DNA of 64,000 bases from Macrostomum hystrix (lineage: Eukaryota; Animalia; Platyhelminthes). Below the pieces are notes generated by a model. It ran no database searches. It was not told where the DNA came from and saw only the letters and a list, made by a program, of their open reading frames with translations. The stretch is taken from NCBI GenBank assembly GCA_950097015.1, contig CATNEN010000030.1, positions 4,030,001-4,094,000 on the forward strand, written 5' to 3'. The position numbers and the translations under genes are program-made. Positions 1 through 11,580 of the stretch are shown here, one piece after another. Positions within the stretch are counted from its first letter, which is position 1. Every line of letters begins with the position of its first letter.

Positions 1-255
1 TCATCCATGGACTAGACTAGCAATCCATTCTATTCCTTCACCCATGAGGCTAGACTAGCAATCCATTCTATTCCTTCATCCATGAGGCTAGACTAGCAAT
101 CCATTCTATTCCTTCATTCATGGGCTAGACTAGCAATCCATTCTATTCCTTCATCCATGGACTAGACTAGCAATCCATTCTATTCCTTCATCCATGGACT
201 AGACTAGCAATCCATTCTATTCCTTCATCCATGGCCTAGACTAGCAATCCATTCC
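1..255 (+). repeat. 38-bp minisatellite (catccatgaggctagactagcaatccattctattcctt), truncated by the window edge
   Basis: Direct tandem copies are visible, in the SLC6 intron. Confidence 0.95.
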
Positions 256-283
256 ATCAGCACAGTGATTGTTGCAGGCTCAC

Positions 284-3200
284 TGAAAGTACAGGTCGCT
301 GGAGGATCTGGGCTTGTCAACGGTGCCCAGCAGGCTGGCCAGCTGGCTGGTGTTGCAGCCTGTCGAGTTGAGCCAGGCGGCCCGGCTGTACAGCTCCTCC
401 AATACCCCGGCGGTGGCGTTGTCGACTGGCGCACCGACTGGTTGCTCGGTCATCAGCCAGCTCCGGCCGTCTGGCAGCAGGCAGGAGTGATTGTGCGCGA
501 TGGCGAAGAAGCCGCCTTGGCGCCAGCAGCGGTTCCGCTCGGACATTGTGCGAATCAGCATGCAGTCTGCGGACAGGCGGGTAGGGAGCTCTGTGAATGT
601 CCACACCACCCACAATGGCCTGATTGATGACTTGATGCCTACAATCCAATGTCTGATGCCCTCAACCCCATGTCTAATGCCTAAAATCCAATGTCTAATG
701 TCTACAGTCAAATTTCAAATATCTACAATGCAATTTCTAATGTCTACAGTCAAATGTCTAATGTCTACAATGCAATTTCTAATGTCTACAGTCCAATGTC
801 TAAAGCCAAATCGTTTTAAAATTTCCATGACGAGCTGAGATTTTCAAATCAATAGAAGGCCGATACTTTTCAATAATTGGTTTGTCCTAGTAAATATTTA
901 ACCCAACTAACCCTACGAAATCTTGATATTTCTTTCAAGATTGTTTAAAGGCCTTATCTTTATGACTGAAAAATCGATAGCTCTGGCCTTCATCACTGGT
1001 ATTAGCTGGCGATAAGCCGATCTATTTTAGTCTAAGGAGGTTGGATTTTAGTACCTTATCTGCAGAGACTGAAGGACACTAATAGTGATTTTTACTGACT
1101 AATGCGATATAGTGAGATCTTGTGACTCTTTCATTATAGTTATTAATTATATTATTATAGTATTATAGTATTATTTTAGTCTCTTACGAGTAGTCTAAAG
1201 CCAGTCATTCGCATATCATCTCAAAACTATTATTGAGCCATTTTAATGCATAAAAACAGTCCATTCTGATTTACATCAACTCACTCAGCAACCAATTGAA
1301 TCTATCAATGTCTTGATTGGCAATTTAAATAAAAGTGAACTACTTTTGAGTTACTCAACAAGAACTTCCCCTGAGCTCATCACCTCCTGGGTTCCAGTCG
1401 GCGGAGCAGGTTGTCCAGGGCAGTATGCCGTCAAAAGCGGTGACGCTCTTCCAAAAGTACATCAGAGTCCAGGCCAGCAGCATGTTGTAATAGATGCTGC
1501 CAAAGAAGGTCACTAGAATCATGGACCACCCGATGCCTGCGGATAATGAATTGAAATTTAATTCTGTCACGTGACTCAGTCATCAGCCTATGAAACACTG
1601 GCTACATTCTGTCACGTGACTCAGTCATCAGCCTATGAAACACTGGCTACATTCTGTCACGTGACTCAGTCATCAGCCTATGAAACACTGGCTACATTCT
1701 GTCACGTGACTCAGTCATCAGCCTATGAAACACTGGCTACATTCTGTCACGTGACTCAGTCATCTGCCTATGAAACACTGGCTACATTCTGTCACATGAC
1801 TCAGTCATCAGCCTATGAAATAATGGCTACATTCTGTCACATGACTCAGTCATCAGCCTATGAAACACTGGCTACATTCTGTCACATGACTCAGTCATCA
1901 GCCTATGAAACACTGGCTACATTCTGTCACATGACTCAGTCATCAGCCTATGAAATAATGGCTACATTCTGTCACATGACTCAGTCATCAGCCTATGAAA
2001 TAATGGCTACATTCTGTCACATGACTCAGTCATCAGCCTATGAAACACTGGCTACATTCTGTCACGTGACTCAGTCATCAGCCTATGAAATAATGGCTAC
2101 ATTCTGTCACATGACTCAGTCATCAGCCTATGAAATAATGGCTACATTCTGTCACGTGACTCATTCATCAGACTGTGTCAGGCTATGAAACGCTGGCTAC
2201 ATTTTGTCACGCATTCAGACTTGAAATCTAGCATAGCCTAAATCCTGCAGCAGAAGTACAAAAGGCGAAGCGAAGTCAGAGGAAATATTTTTCCTTGCTT
2301 TCCCCAATAAAACCCCCATTTTGGGGTTCGGTTTTGAAAATCGAACGCTGTTGCCTTACGCCAAGTTGCCTCTGGGATCGGACAGAGAGGGAGAAAGGGA
2401 AGAGGCACAGCTGACTGACTGAAGGCTAAAAGTACATTCATTCTAGTCTATGGGGAATAAATCAAGTTCTTCTGACCTACTTTACTGACCTACTTCCGTT
2501 CATCCTGGATTTTTTTCAGGGTTCACCGACAGTGCAGTGTTAGGAATATTATAACAGTCATTGTTCAAGCAATTGATCTAGTGTCATCGGCTAATTTATT
2601 ACTGCTGCTCGTAAGTGCAGATTTTACAGCAAAGATTGGTTAGTTAGGAATGCCAAATAATTGGCCAGAGAAAACTAAAATAGACACATTTAAGAGTACA
2701 CAGATTAATTGTATAAGAGTATTTAGTTTAATAGAAAGTTATCAGATCCATGAATTAAGCTAGATCATAGAAAAATAATTTAGTAGCAGCACGTAATGCA
2801 ACAATTTGTTTTGTTTGTCTACCAGTAAATACGACTAGCAAATTAGTGTGCGCAAAACAAACAAAGCAATTATAAATGTATTTTACCTTGTCATTTCGCT
2901 CAGGTAAAGTCACGAAAATCATTGGTTACCAAAAATACTTACTATTCCACTATATTATATAGAAGGATTAGGAAAGCATTGCTTATGTTGCCAATTTATA
3001 TGGGATATATAGACTATTTTACTAATCAATAATTGCGAATGCAATTAATAAAATACTTATTGCATTGCTAAAAGAAATTGCTAGTCTTGCAAATGGATGA
3101 ATGAATAGAATGGATTGCTAGTCCAGCTTTATGGATGAATGAATAGAATGGATTGCTAGTCCAGCTTCATGGATGAAGAAATAGAATGGATTGCTAGCCT

Positions 3201-4124
3201 AGCCTCATGGATGAATGAATAGAATGGATTGCTAGTCCAGCTTTATGGATGAATGAATAGAATGGATTGCTAGTCCAGCTTCATGGATGAAGAAATAGAA
3301 TGGATTGCTAGCCTAGCCTCATGGATGAATGAATAGAATGGATTGCTAGCCTAGCCTCATGGATGAATGAATAGAATGGATTGCTAGCCTAGCCTCATGG
3401 ATGAAGGAATATAATGGATTGCTAGCCTAGCCTCATGGATGAAGGAATAGAATGGATTGCTAGTCTAGCTCATGGATGAAGGAATAGAATGGATTGCTAG
3501 TCCAGCCTCATGGATGAAGGAATAGAATGGATTGCTAGTCTAGCCTCATGGATGAAGGAATAGAATGGATTGCTAGTCCAGCCTCATGGATGAAGGAATA
3601 GAATGGATTGCTAGCCTAGCCTCATGGATGAAGGAAATAAATATAAAACCTAGGCTTTTGTAAATACGTGATGCACTGGAATGGTTATGTTGGGAGAACT
3701 GTTTACCTACCAGTGAACAGCGGGCTGGCTTTCCACACCGTGATTGGTCCGGTGGCCGAGTACTGGCCAAAGCAAGTCTCCAGGTACATAAGCGGAATGC
3801 CAACAAACAGCAGCATGCTGGCGAATGGGATCAGGAAGGCCCCGCCGCCGTTCTGTGGGGATTTTAATTTGGTTATTAAAACTTTTATGCATCATTAAAC
3901 TTAGCAGGAAATTGCTTATGTTAGCAACAACGCTAGAGACCGACCTTGTAGCAGAGGTATGGAAATCGCCACACATTTCCTAGTCCAACTGCATAAGATA
4001 GGCAGGAGAACAGAAACTCAGCCTTGCCACCCCAGGACTGTCTGGCTAGCTCCTCTATTGGCTGCTGCTTTGGAGCGGCGAAAGTTTCCGGTTCAAATCG
4101 AGTTGTGCGCAAATTCGTGTCCGA
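284..4124 (-). CDS. SLC6 (sodium:neurotransmitter symporter) family transporter, 5' part. Exons 4124-3945, 3852-3711, 1536-1384, 590-284; continues beyond position 1
   Basis: TM1 signature [30 protein letters not shown], then [10 protein letters not shown]...[12 protein letters not shown], then GIGWSMILV...[13 protein letters not shown]...LPWTTC..WN. The GT/AG boundaries are phase-consistent (0,1,1,2). No in-frame ATG was found before the first exon. Confidence 0.93.
634..805. repeat. Degenerate 21-bp minisatellite (atgtctacagtcaaatttcta-like)
   Basis: About 8 imperfect tandem copies. Confidence 0.8.
1562..2212. repeat. 45-bp minisatellite, 14 copies (gtgactcagtcatcagcctatgaaacactggctacattctgtcac)
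   Basis: Tandem copies; they produce the spurious 15-aa-periodic ORF 1571-2188. Confidence 0.97.
3095..3638 (-). repeat. 38-bp minisatellite, about 14 copies; reverse complement of the array at 1-255
   Basis: The unit gaatagaatggattgctagtccagcctcatggatgaag is the reverse complement of the 1-255 unit. Confidence 0.95.
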
Positions 4125-6739
4125 CTGTTGCAACGAGAGAAAACGGAAGAAATGGGACACACAGAGTAGCGATTTGACATCACTTTCTGTATGTAAACAT
4201 ATTTTTTAAATAAAGCTAATCATTGGAATATTAAATTAAAAGTTCACATTTTTTGTTGCAACTTATTCATTAAAAAATATTGCAGATATTGTTAACAGAT
4301 ACATTTTTTATAGTAAGTTACTCTTATTTTAGATTATTTTAATGTAATCTCTGAGGTCAACAAAATTTGTACCAAATAGTGTCTATAGATGTTGGTGCAT
4401 TAAGTGGAGCATCAGGCTTTTAGTTGTTCCACTTGTATACAAAAATTCTACTTTTTTATTTATTTTTCTATATTAATAATTTTTATTAATTAAAAGCATA
4501 TAGAAATATATAGAATATATAGAAATACTTATAGAAATATATAGAAATATTTATATAAATAAAATTTTTTCGTTTATTACATAACCGACAGCTGGATTGT
4601 CGACAACAAGTGAGCAAACTAATAAAATCTTGAAATAGTAAACTTAAAGAATTACTTTACCTCCAAGAACGCTACATCTTGCTCCCCATCTGTTTTATTG
4701 ATTTCAGCAGACATTTCCAGAAGCTTTTAGTACGATCTTGTTTTGCTTCAATAGAAAAATATTAAAATAAGTTTTCACACTGTTATTGCGTTTTCACGAC
4801 GCAGAAATAAAAAATTATAGAGAATCGTAAAAAAAATACGACGAGGCTTACTACCGAGAAACGTATTAATAATAAGATAATACTATATTTTAATGCTTGT
4901 AATTTTAACCCTGTACGTCCTTATGACCTAAAGTTGACATAAAAGATCACGTGAAATCAAGTTTTAAAAAGTGCGCGACTGCAATAAACGCTTTTATTGT
5001 AGATATTTATGCAGCGCAACAAATATAGTAATAGATAACTACTATAAAACAGAATATTTATGTATATATATTAGCTAAAAGCAAGGATGCGACGTTTTTA
5101 GCGTCTTTTTGTTATAATATTTAAAAGCCTAACGCTGTATTTAAAGTTATCGTACGTTGCACTTCTGCTTCATATTTACGGCTTTACGCTTTTTAATTTA
5201 TGTTTTAAGTAACCTTGGGATGTACCCGGCGGCACTACTTGCTGTGCATCGAGCTGTCTATTTTTGGGATTTATAGTCACGTTATCTTTTCGTTTTTGTC
5301 AATAAAAAACTTTTTTGTTCTTGCGGCACAAATGTAGTAATGTAAATCTAGGTTGGTTTTATTATATTGTTATTTATTGCTATGTTCCTTATGTGGTGCA
5401 TTTTCGGTAAAAAAGCGATTCTTTAATGTCTCTAGCTCTATCGAAACGCTGAAACGAAACGCTATTTTAATGCTGTTTTGTAACTATAATTAAACCCAAT
5501 AGAGCGTTACGCGTGACTGTTCCAAAATTTAGCCATATGAAGTACTTACACAAGAAATATTTTATCAATTTTATCAATCGTTCCCTAAAATAAAACTAAC
5601 TTTGCACTTACATTTTGTATGAAGTCGTACTTTGTACATTGATCAGAAGCGATAGAAAGCAAAAATATGATTTTTATTTGTTGGAATCAAACGCGAAATA
5701 ACACAAATGTACGAGCCGTAGTTTGAATGATACATTTAAAACCAAGGATCGTCACAAATTATTTCATCGACTTAAAATCCAATACAATTTATACCTAGGA
5801 GCCTCCTCTTTGGACGCACAAAAATCGCACGAGAGTCGTTGAATCGATCCTTAGTGCGATTCTAAAAAGCCGCGAGGTAAAAGAATGCTACTAAGAGCAA
5901 AAAAACTATATTTACGTAGACAATGATATATCATTATAATATTCTCTTAGCTAATAATTACGTTTTTAGCTTTAGTGAAACAGCGAAGAACAATAGGAGA
6001 ATAATAAAGACACGATGAGTAAATCCACAGAAATAATAACGCTGTCACAAAAACAGCAGTGCTGATTTCTTAACGTAACTATTTTTTTCTTCACGGAAAT
6101 GTTCACGGAACAGGGAGAAAAAAACTGCTATATTTGACGTTTCTAATGCGAATAAGTTAGGCAAAGCGGTAGACATTGAAAATCCTGTTTTTTATTTAAT
6201 ATGAAAGAAACACAAATATATTTAAGTTTCACGATATAAAGCAAGAAACACGAGATTAAAGGAGGTTTTTATCGTTGCATCGACATCTATTCGATTATGA
6301 CGCTTCGCCAGTACACAATTCGGAGTGAAACACGCATGCGCAATCACAAAAAACAAAAGCCAAAAACAACGGAAACAGTCCGCAAAAAAAGAGAAAGTAA
6401 GTCTCAACAAAACTGCTCTCGGGATTGAACCCATTGTGTGCCAGCCGTGAAGTAAAGGACTAAAACAGAAATAAAACTCACTACGCAAATTACACAGACA
6501 AGGACTGAGACCAATGCGCTTGAAAAGATTTGATTCGTAACGAGAGAATCACAAGTCATGAAGGATTTCATATAAGCATAATGAATAACAGCAGTGCACT
6601 CCCTACTACTCGCTTGAAGAGAGTCCGGCTTCCGTACTCTAATAAACAGAAATGACATTGATTTGAAACTAATTCATTATGTGAAAAAATAAAAGTAAAA
6701 AGTGTGATAGTACTTCATTAAGAGATTTTTACGGAAGCT

Positions 6740-6960
6740 ACTGCGCGGCGCTTCCAAAGGCTGAGTACAGCTGTTCAGTCCATGGACTGGGGGAATGCCA
6801 CAGCCCCAGTTTTCTACCCGCCAGCTAATGCTGGCAACCATTCTACAGCTGGGTGGACTGAGGCAATGGGGAATGAAGTGTCTTGCTTAAGAACACCAAA
6901 TATTTCAATTGGCTGGGATTCGAACTTCAGACCTCAGAGTTAGAATAATAACCAACTAAA
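6740..6960 (-). mobile_element. tRNA-derived SINE, degenerate copy
   Basis: Shares ctgttcagtccatggac, cagctgggtggactgaggcaat and a gggattcgaac B-box with the copies at 11272 and 60378. Confidence 0.7.
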
Positions 6961-7088
6961 TATTGAACAGAAAGCTAACTTTTGAACCGATAAATCGAGC
7001 GATTCAACTGCAATCCAAGAGACGGGTGACCCGCTAAACAGTTGGGCAAAGACGAATTCGCCAGTTTGGTTGCCTTGGAGTCAGGTGT

Positions 7089-10000
7089 TCAAAGCGCGCG
7101 AGCCTGCAGCAGGCGGTCCAGTTTTTCTTCGATGCGCGCCAGCCGAGTCTCGGACTCCTTGGCCTTGGCCTGAACGGAGTTCAAGCCGTTGAGCATGAAG
7201 CCCTGGTTGCGGTACATCTCAGTGAGGCTCACAGAGCTGTCTGCCAGCCGTTTCTGGTCATTGCGCAGCTCCCGAATGCGGTGAATGGAGTGCAGCAGGC
7301 GGCGCTGATGCTTCAGCGTCTTGGCCGCGTTGCCGGCCCTCTTGTACTTGTAGGACAACCAGCCCTCCTTTAGTATGTTGGCGGCCGCGTGTTTCACCTG
7401 CTTGTCCAGCTCGATGTCAATCACAAAATTGTGCACGTACTTTTCAGCCCGGGACAGCTCCAGCTTCCTGGCCAGCACCGCCACCACCAGGGCAGTCACT
7501 CCCGTGCCAAACAGTCCTGTGGGTGGGTGGGGCGTTGGCTGCGGATTTCACTGGCGAACCGCTGCTGCTGTTTCTGTCTAACAGCTTCTGCTTTTCCTGT
7601 CTAATAGCTTCTGCTGTTCCTGTCTAATAGCTTCTGCTGTGCCTGTCTAACAGCTTCTGCTTTTCCTGTCTAACAGCTTCTGCTGTTCCTGTCTAATTGC
7701 TTCTGCTGTGCCTGTCTAACAGCTTCTGCTTTTCCTGTCTAACAGCTTCTGACCTTTCTGTCTAACAGCTTCTGCTGTTCCTGTCTAATAGCTTTTGATC
7801 TTTCTGTCTAACAGCTTCTGCTGTTCCTGTCTAATAGCTTCTGACCTTTCTGTCTAACAGCTTCTGCTGTTCCTGTCTAATAGCTTCTGACCTTTCTGTC
7901 TAACAGCTTCTGCTGTGCCTGTCTAACAGCTTCTGCTTTTCCTGTCTAATAGCTTCTGCTGTTCCTGTCTAACAGCTTCTGACCTTTCTGTCTAACAGCT
8001 TCTGACCTTTCTGTCTAACAGCTTCTGACCTTTCTGTCTAACAGCTTCTGACCTTTCTGTCTAACAGCTTCTGCTGTTCCTGTCTAACAGCTTCTGATTA
8101 AACGTTGTCCTTAAACTGGCATGGGAAACAGAATACTGTAAATAATTTTAGCAAATCTTCTATCTTTTTTCGCATACTCTGCTAGTGAATGTGAGCTGGT
8201 GATCAATATTGATGGGGAAGTACTCACAATCCAGTTGCCAGTCGCCAGCCCTAATTTATTGCTAATCTGGCTCTTCGCGTTACAAATCGACTGCGCAGAA
8301 AGTGTGCGGATTACCACTCGGCAGGCGGATTAGAATTATGAAAAGAAGTCTAGACCGATGAGGCTTGAGCCGCAGCTGGGACATAATTTCAAATTGCTCC
8401 CCAATTCATCTGAGCTATTCGCTTGGGATCAAAATGCCCTTAGGGGATTTTAATGTTAGTATAGGGGTAGAAATATTTAGGAGAAATAAACGCAACGCGA
8501 CCTGCCGTGGGAGGGGGGAAATTAATGAGTAAACCAAGCCCCGGCACCCCTAAGAGACTCTAGGTTTAATCCCCATCACCTTCGGCCAGAAATTTCTGCG
8601 GACCTAACTGAATTGCTGGGCAGTGTAGGGGATCATTGGGGGGGATAGTTATTTACAATCCCTAGGTATCTAATTTCCCAATATCATTTGAAGGGCTTGG
8701 ACTAATGTTAGAAACTATCTATAGCTTGGCGTTGAAACTACTTGGCCAGGATATTTAGTACATTTTCTAGGAATGATAACTGAGCCTTGGATGGTGTAAC
8801 TGGTCTGACGAAACACTGCACCACATCTATAGATGGTCCAATGCCAGTGAAGGGTGCTTGGTACGTGTATATCACACTATTTGCATGTCAGTCAGAGGCT
8901 AAGGCCAGTAATTTACGATCCTGTATATCATTTTCAATAATTTAAATCAATCAGAGTTTTCAAAAATCTACATAGTTTTTCACTTAGGTACGACGCTAGC
9001 TTAAAGAAGTATTGAGCAACATCAGCAGCAGCAGCAGCAGCAGAAACATGATCCCACGCTTAACTATGAGAAGTTTCACAAACAAGCAATACCAGACCCT
9101 GGGTCAGGAAACCGAAAGTAATCAAAGAAGCACAAATCGAAATATTCACTGGACTGCTTTCGAAATGAAGATTTTTTCGCTTAAAATCAATAAAATTCTT
9201 TGATACGTTTTTTAATGCTGCGTCATGAACCATGAACCAGAACTAAAGCAGTGTACCGATAAAATACTAGAATAATACTACTAGAATCCTCTACCAAAAG
9301 GAAGTAATCAGTCCTTCAGTTATCTACCACACCTTGTCTTTCAGTCATCTACCACACCTGGTCCTTCAGTCATCTACCACACCTGGTCTCTCAGTCATCT
9401 ACCACACCTGGTCTTTCAGTCATCTACCACACCTGGTCCTTCAGTCATCTACCACACCTGGTCCTTCAGTCATCTACCACACCTGGTCTCTCAGTCATCT
9501 ACCACACCTGGTCTCTCAGTCATCTACCACACCTGGTCTCTCAGTCATCTACCACACCTGGTCTCTCAGTCATCTACCACACCTGGTCTCTCAGTCATCT
9601 ACCACACCTGGTCTCTCAGTCATCTACCACACCTGGTCTCTCAGTCATCTACCACACCTGGTCTCTCAGTCATCTACCACACCTGGTCTCTCAGTCATCT
9701 ACCACACCTGGTCTCTCAGTCATCTACCACACCTGGTCTCTCAGTCATCTACCACACCTGGTCTCTCAGTCATCTACCACACCTGGTCTCTCAGTCATCT
9801 ACCACACCTGGTCTCTCAGTCATCTACCACACCTGGTCCCTCACTGATCTCTCACCAGTGAGTACGGCGATGCCGCGGCCGCAATAGGATGCCGGCACAA
9901 TGTCACCGTAGCCGACGGTCAGAAAGGTGATAGCGGTCATCCACATGCTGTTGAGAAAGTTCCTGTGCTCAGGTCCGTGGTACATCTCGCAAGCGCGCAC

Positions 10001-10819
10001 AGCCCAAGACGCCCAGATGAAGAGGAACAGTGCCATGACAGTCAGGACGTACTCCGGGTACAGATTCATCAGAGACTTGAATATGAAGCGAAAGTTAAAG
10101 TGTATCCGGTTTAGCGCGCCCAGGCTCTGCGAGGAAGCGTCCTGGTACAGGCGGCTGTGCAGCATCATGACCCGGCAGACCAGGTAGAAACGCAGGAACA
10201 TCGGCAGGCTAAAAATCACGTCGATTGGAATGGCCTGCATGAGACGGACGCTGTTCGTATTGTCATAGGCCAGCATCTGGACCATGTGCTGGCCGGGAAT
10301 CGGGTGTACAGCACAAATCAGCAGCTCCAAAGCCAGGTGAAATCCTCGCGACAAGGTGATAGCCAGTCGCCAGTCGTCCATGGAGTTGTCAATCATGAAC
10401 ACCTTGATGTCGAGGTAGTGATACCAGGATATGAAGCCGAGCAGAATAGCGGTGCTGATGCTGATGAGGCTCTTCATGATGATGGAGCCGGCGCGGGCCT
10501 TTGAGAAGATACTGGCGATACAGAGCTCTGTCTCGATGATCATCATCACAATGCCCAGCATGGCGAAAAACAGGCTGAGGTCAGCAATCAACTTGCGGCG
10601 CACAAAGAGCTCCTTCCGCCTGGCCAGCCTTGCCCCAACGTTCTCATATTTGAAGGTCTTCGCCGGACCGCCGGACGAAGACGAGCCGTAGTTCGTGCCG
10701 CATCCGCCCCCGCCGCTGCCACCGCCGCCATTGCCGCCGCCGCCGTTGGCTCGACCGACGCCAACAAGCGGGATGGCCGGGTCCTCGATGATTGTACTGC
10801 CGCTGGCCCTACCGCTCAT
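7089..10819 (-). CDS. KCNN: Small-conductance Ca2+-activated K+ channel (SK), about 463 aa. Exons 10819-9856 and 7516-7089
   Basis: ENVGARLARRKELF, HPIPG, pore ITFLTVGYGDIVP, S6 GLFGTGVTALVVAVLARKLELSRAEKYVHNF and the CaM-binding domain (VKHAAANILKEGW). The phase-1 GT/AG intron is consistent. Confidence 0.96.
7573..8097. repeat. 23-bp minisatellite (ctaacagcttctgctgttcctgt), in the SK intron
   Basis: About 22 tandem copies. Confidence 0.95.
9313..9845. repeat. 25-bp minisatellite (tcagtcatctaccacacctggtctc), in the SK intron
   Basis: About 21 tandem copies, starting about 10 bp from the donor site. Confidence 0.97.
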
Positions 10820-11271
10820 GGCTCACAATGTCCCGCTGAAGACAACCGGCAGATTGAACAGGGACGCCGCCAACGGACGCGTTCTGCAGTTGGAAACGAG
10901 TGGCCAATCTCCGTAATAATTATTTCATATCAATCAGTGAATCAGCTGACTAATGCCCTGCTTTACTGCATCAGATAATGGACAGGGGACCTTGGAGCCT
11001 CGCTAGCATTTCTGTTATCTAGGATATTTTACAATCCCTCGAACTTACCAAGGTCCCCTTTCTGAATGCGTCTAAAGCCAGAGAGGAGACAGAGAGAGGA
11101 GGGAATTAATAGAAGTCCTGAAGCGCTGACAAAAAAGTCACAAAAATAACGAAACATGCTCTGAAGACCGAGCAACTGTTCCTATGGCAACCAAACGGAT
11201 GTCATCTTGCTAGGTCAGCGGATTTGTCATGTCTGTTTGCATCGCGCTTGTGTACATTTGTAACGAACAAT

Positions 11272-11580
11272 GGGGGTTGTAGCTTAGTGAGTGTCTGACT
11301 CAAGACTTAAGGGTCAGGGGTTCGATTCTTAACTCCTCTGGAACATTTTGTGTGTTTTAGCAAGACAATTTATACTGCATTGCTTCAGTTCACCCAGCTG
11401 TTAAATGGGTACCAGCATGAGCTGGGGGGGGGGTAAACTAGTTGGGTATGGTATCCCTCCAGTCTATGGAGAGCCGAACGCAGCCTTCAGATGCGCCTCG
11501 CAATAGCTGCGGCTGTGCTGTCGGCTGCACATCTGGTCCAACTGGGGCAAGTGTAATCAATTATTATTACTATCATTATG
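11272..11580 (+). mobile_element. tRNA-derived SINE, near full length (about 300 bp)
   Basis: A-box-like tagcttagtg, B-box ggttcgattc, central ttgcttcagttcacccagctgttaaatgggtacc and a 3' end gctgtcggctgcacatctgg that recurs exactly, inverted, at about 60391. It ends in an ATT-rich tail. Confidence 0.8.

Noticed and set aside
4200-6700. AT-rich intergenic blocks (also 32700-35200 and 42600-45200) as possible transposon remnants
   Set aside because: No TIR/TSD pair, hairpin end or coding remnant could be identified by eye.
11272-11345. Functional tRNA gene
   Set aside because: The Pol III boxes are present, but no convincing cloverleaf was found and the sequence continues into a dispersed SINE body.
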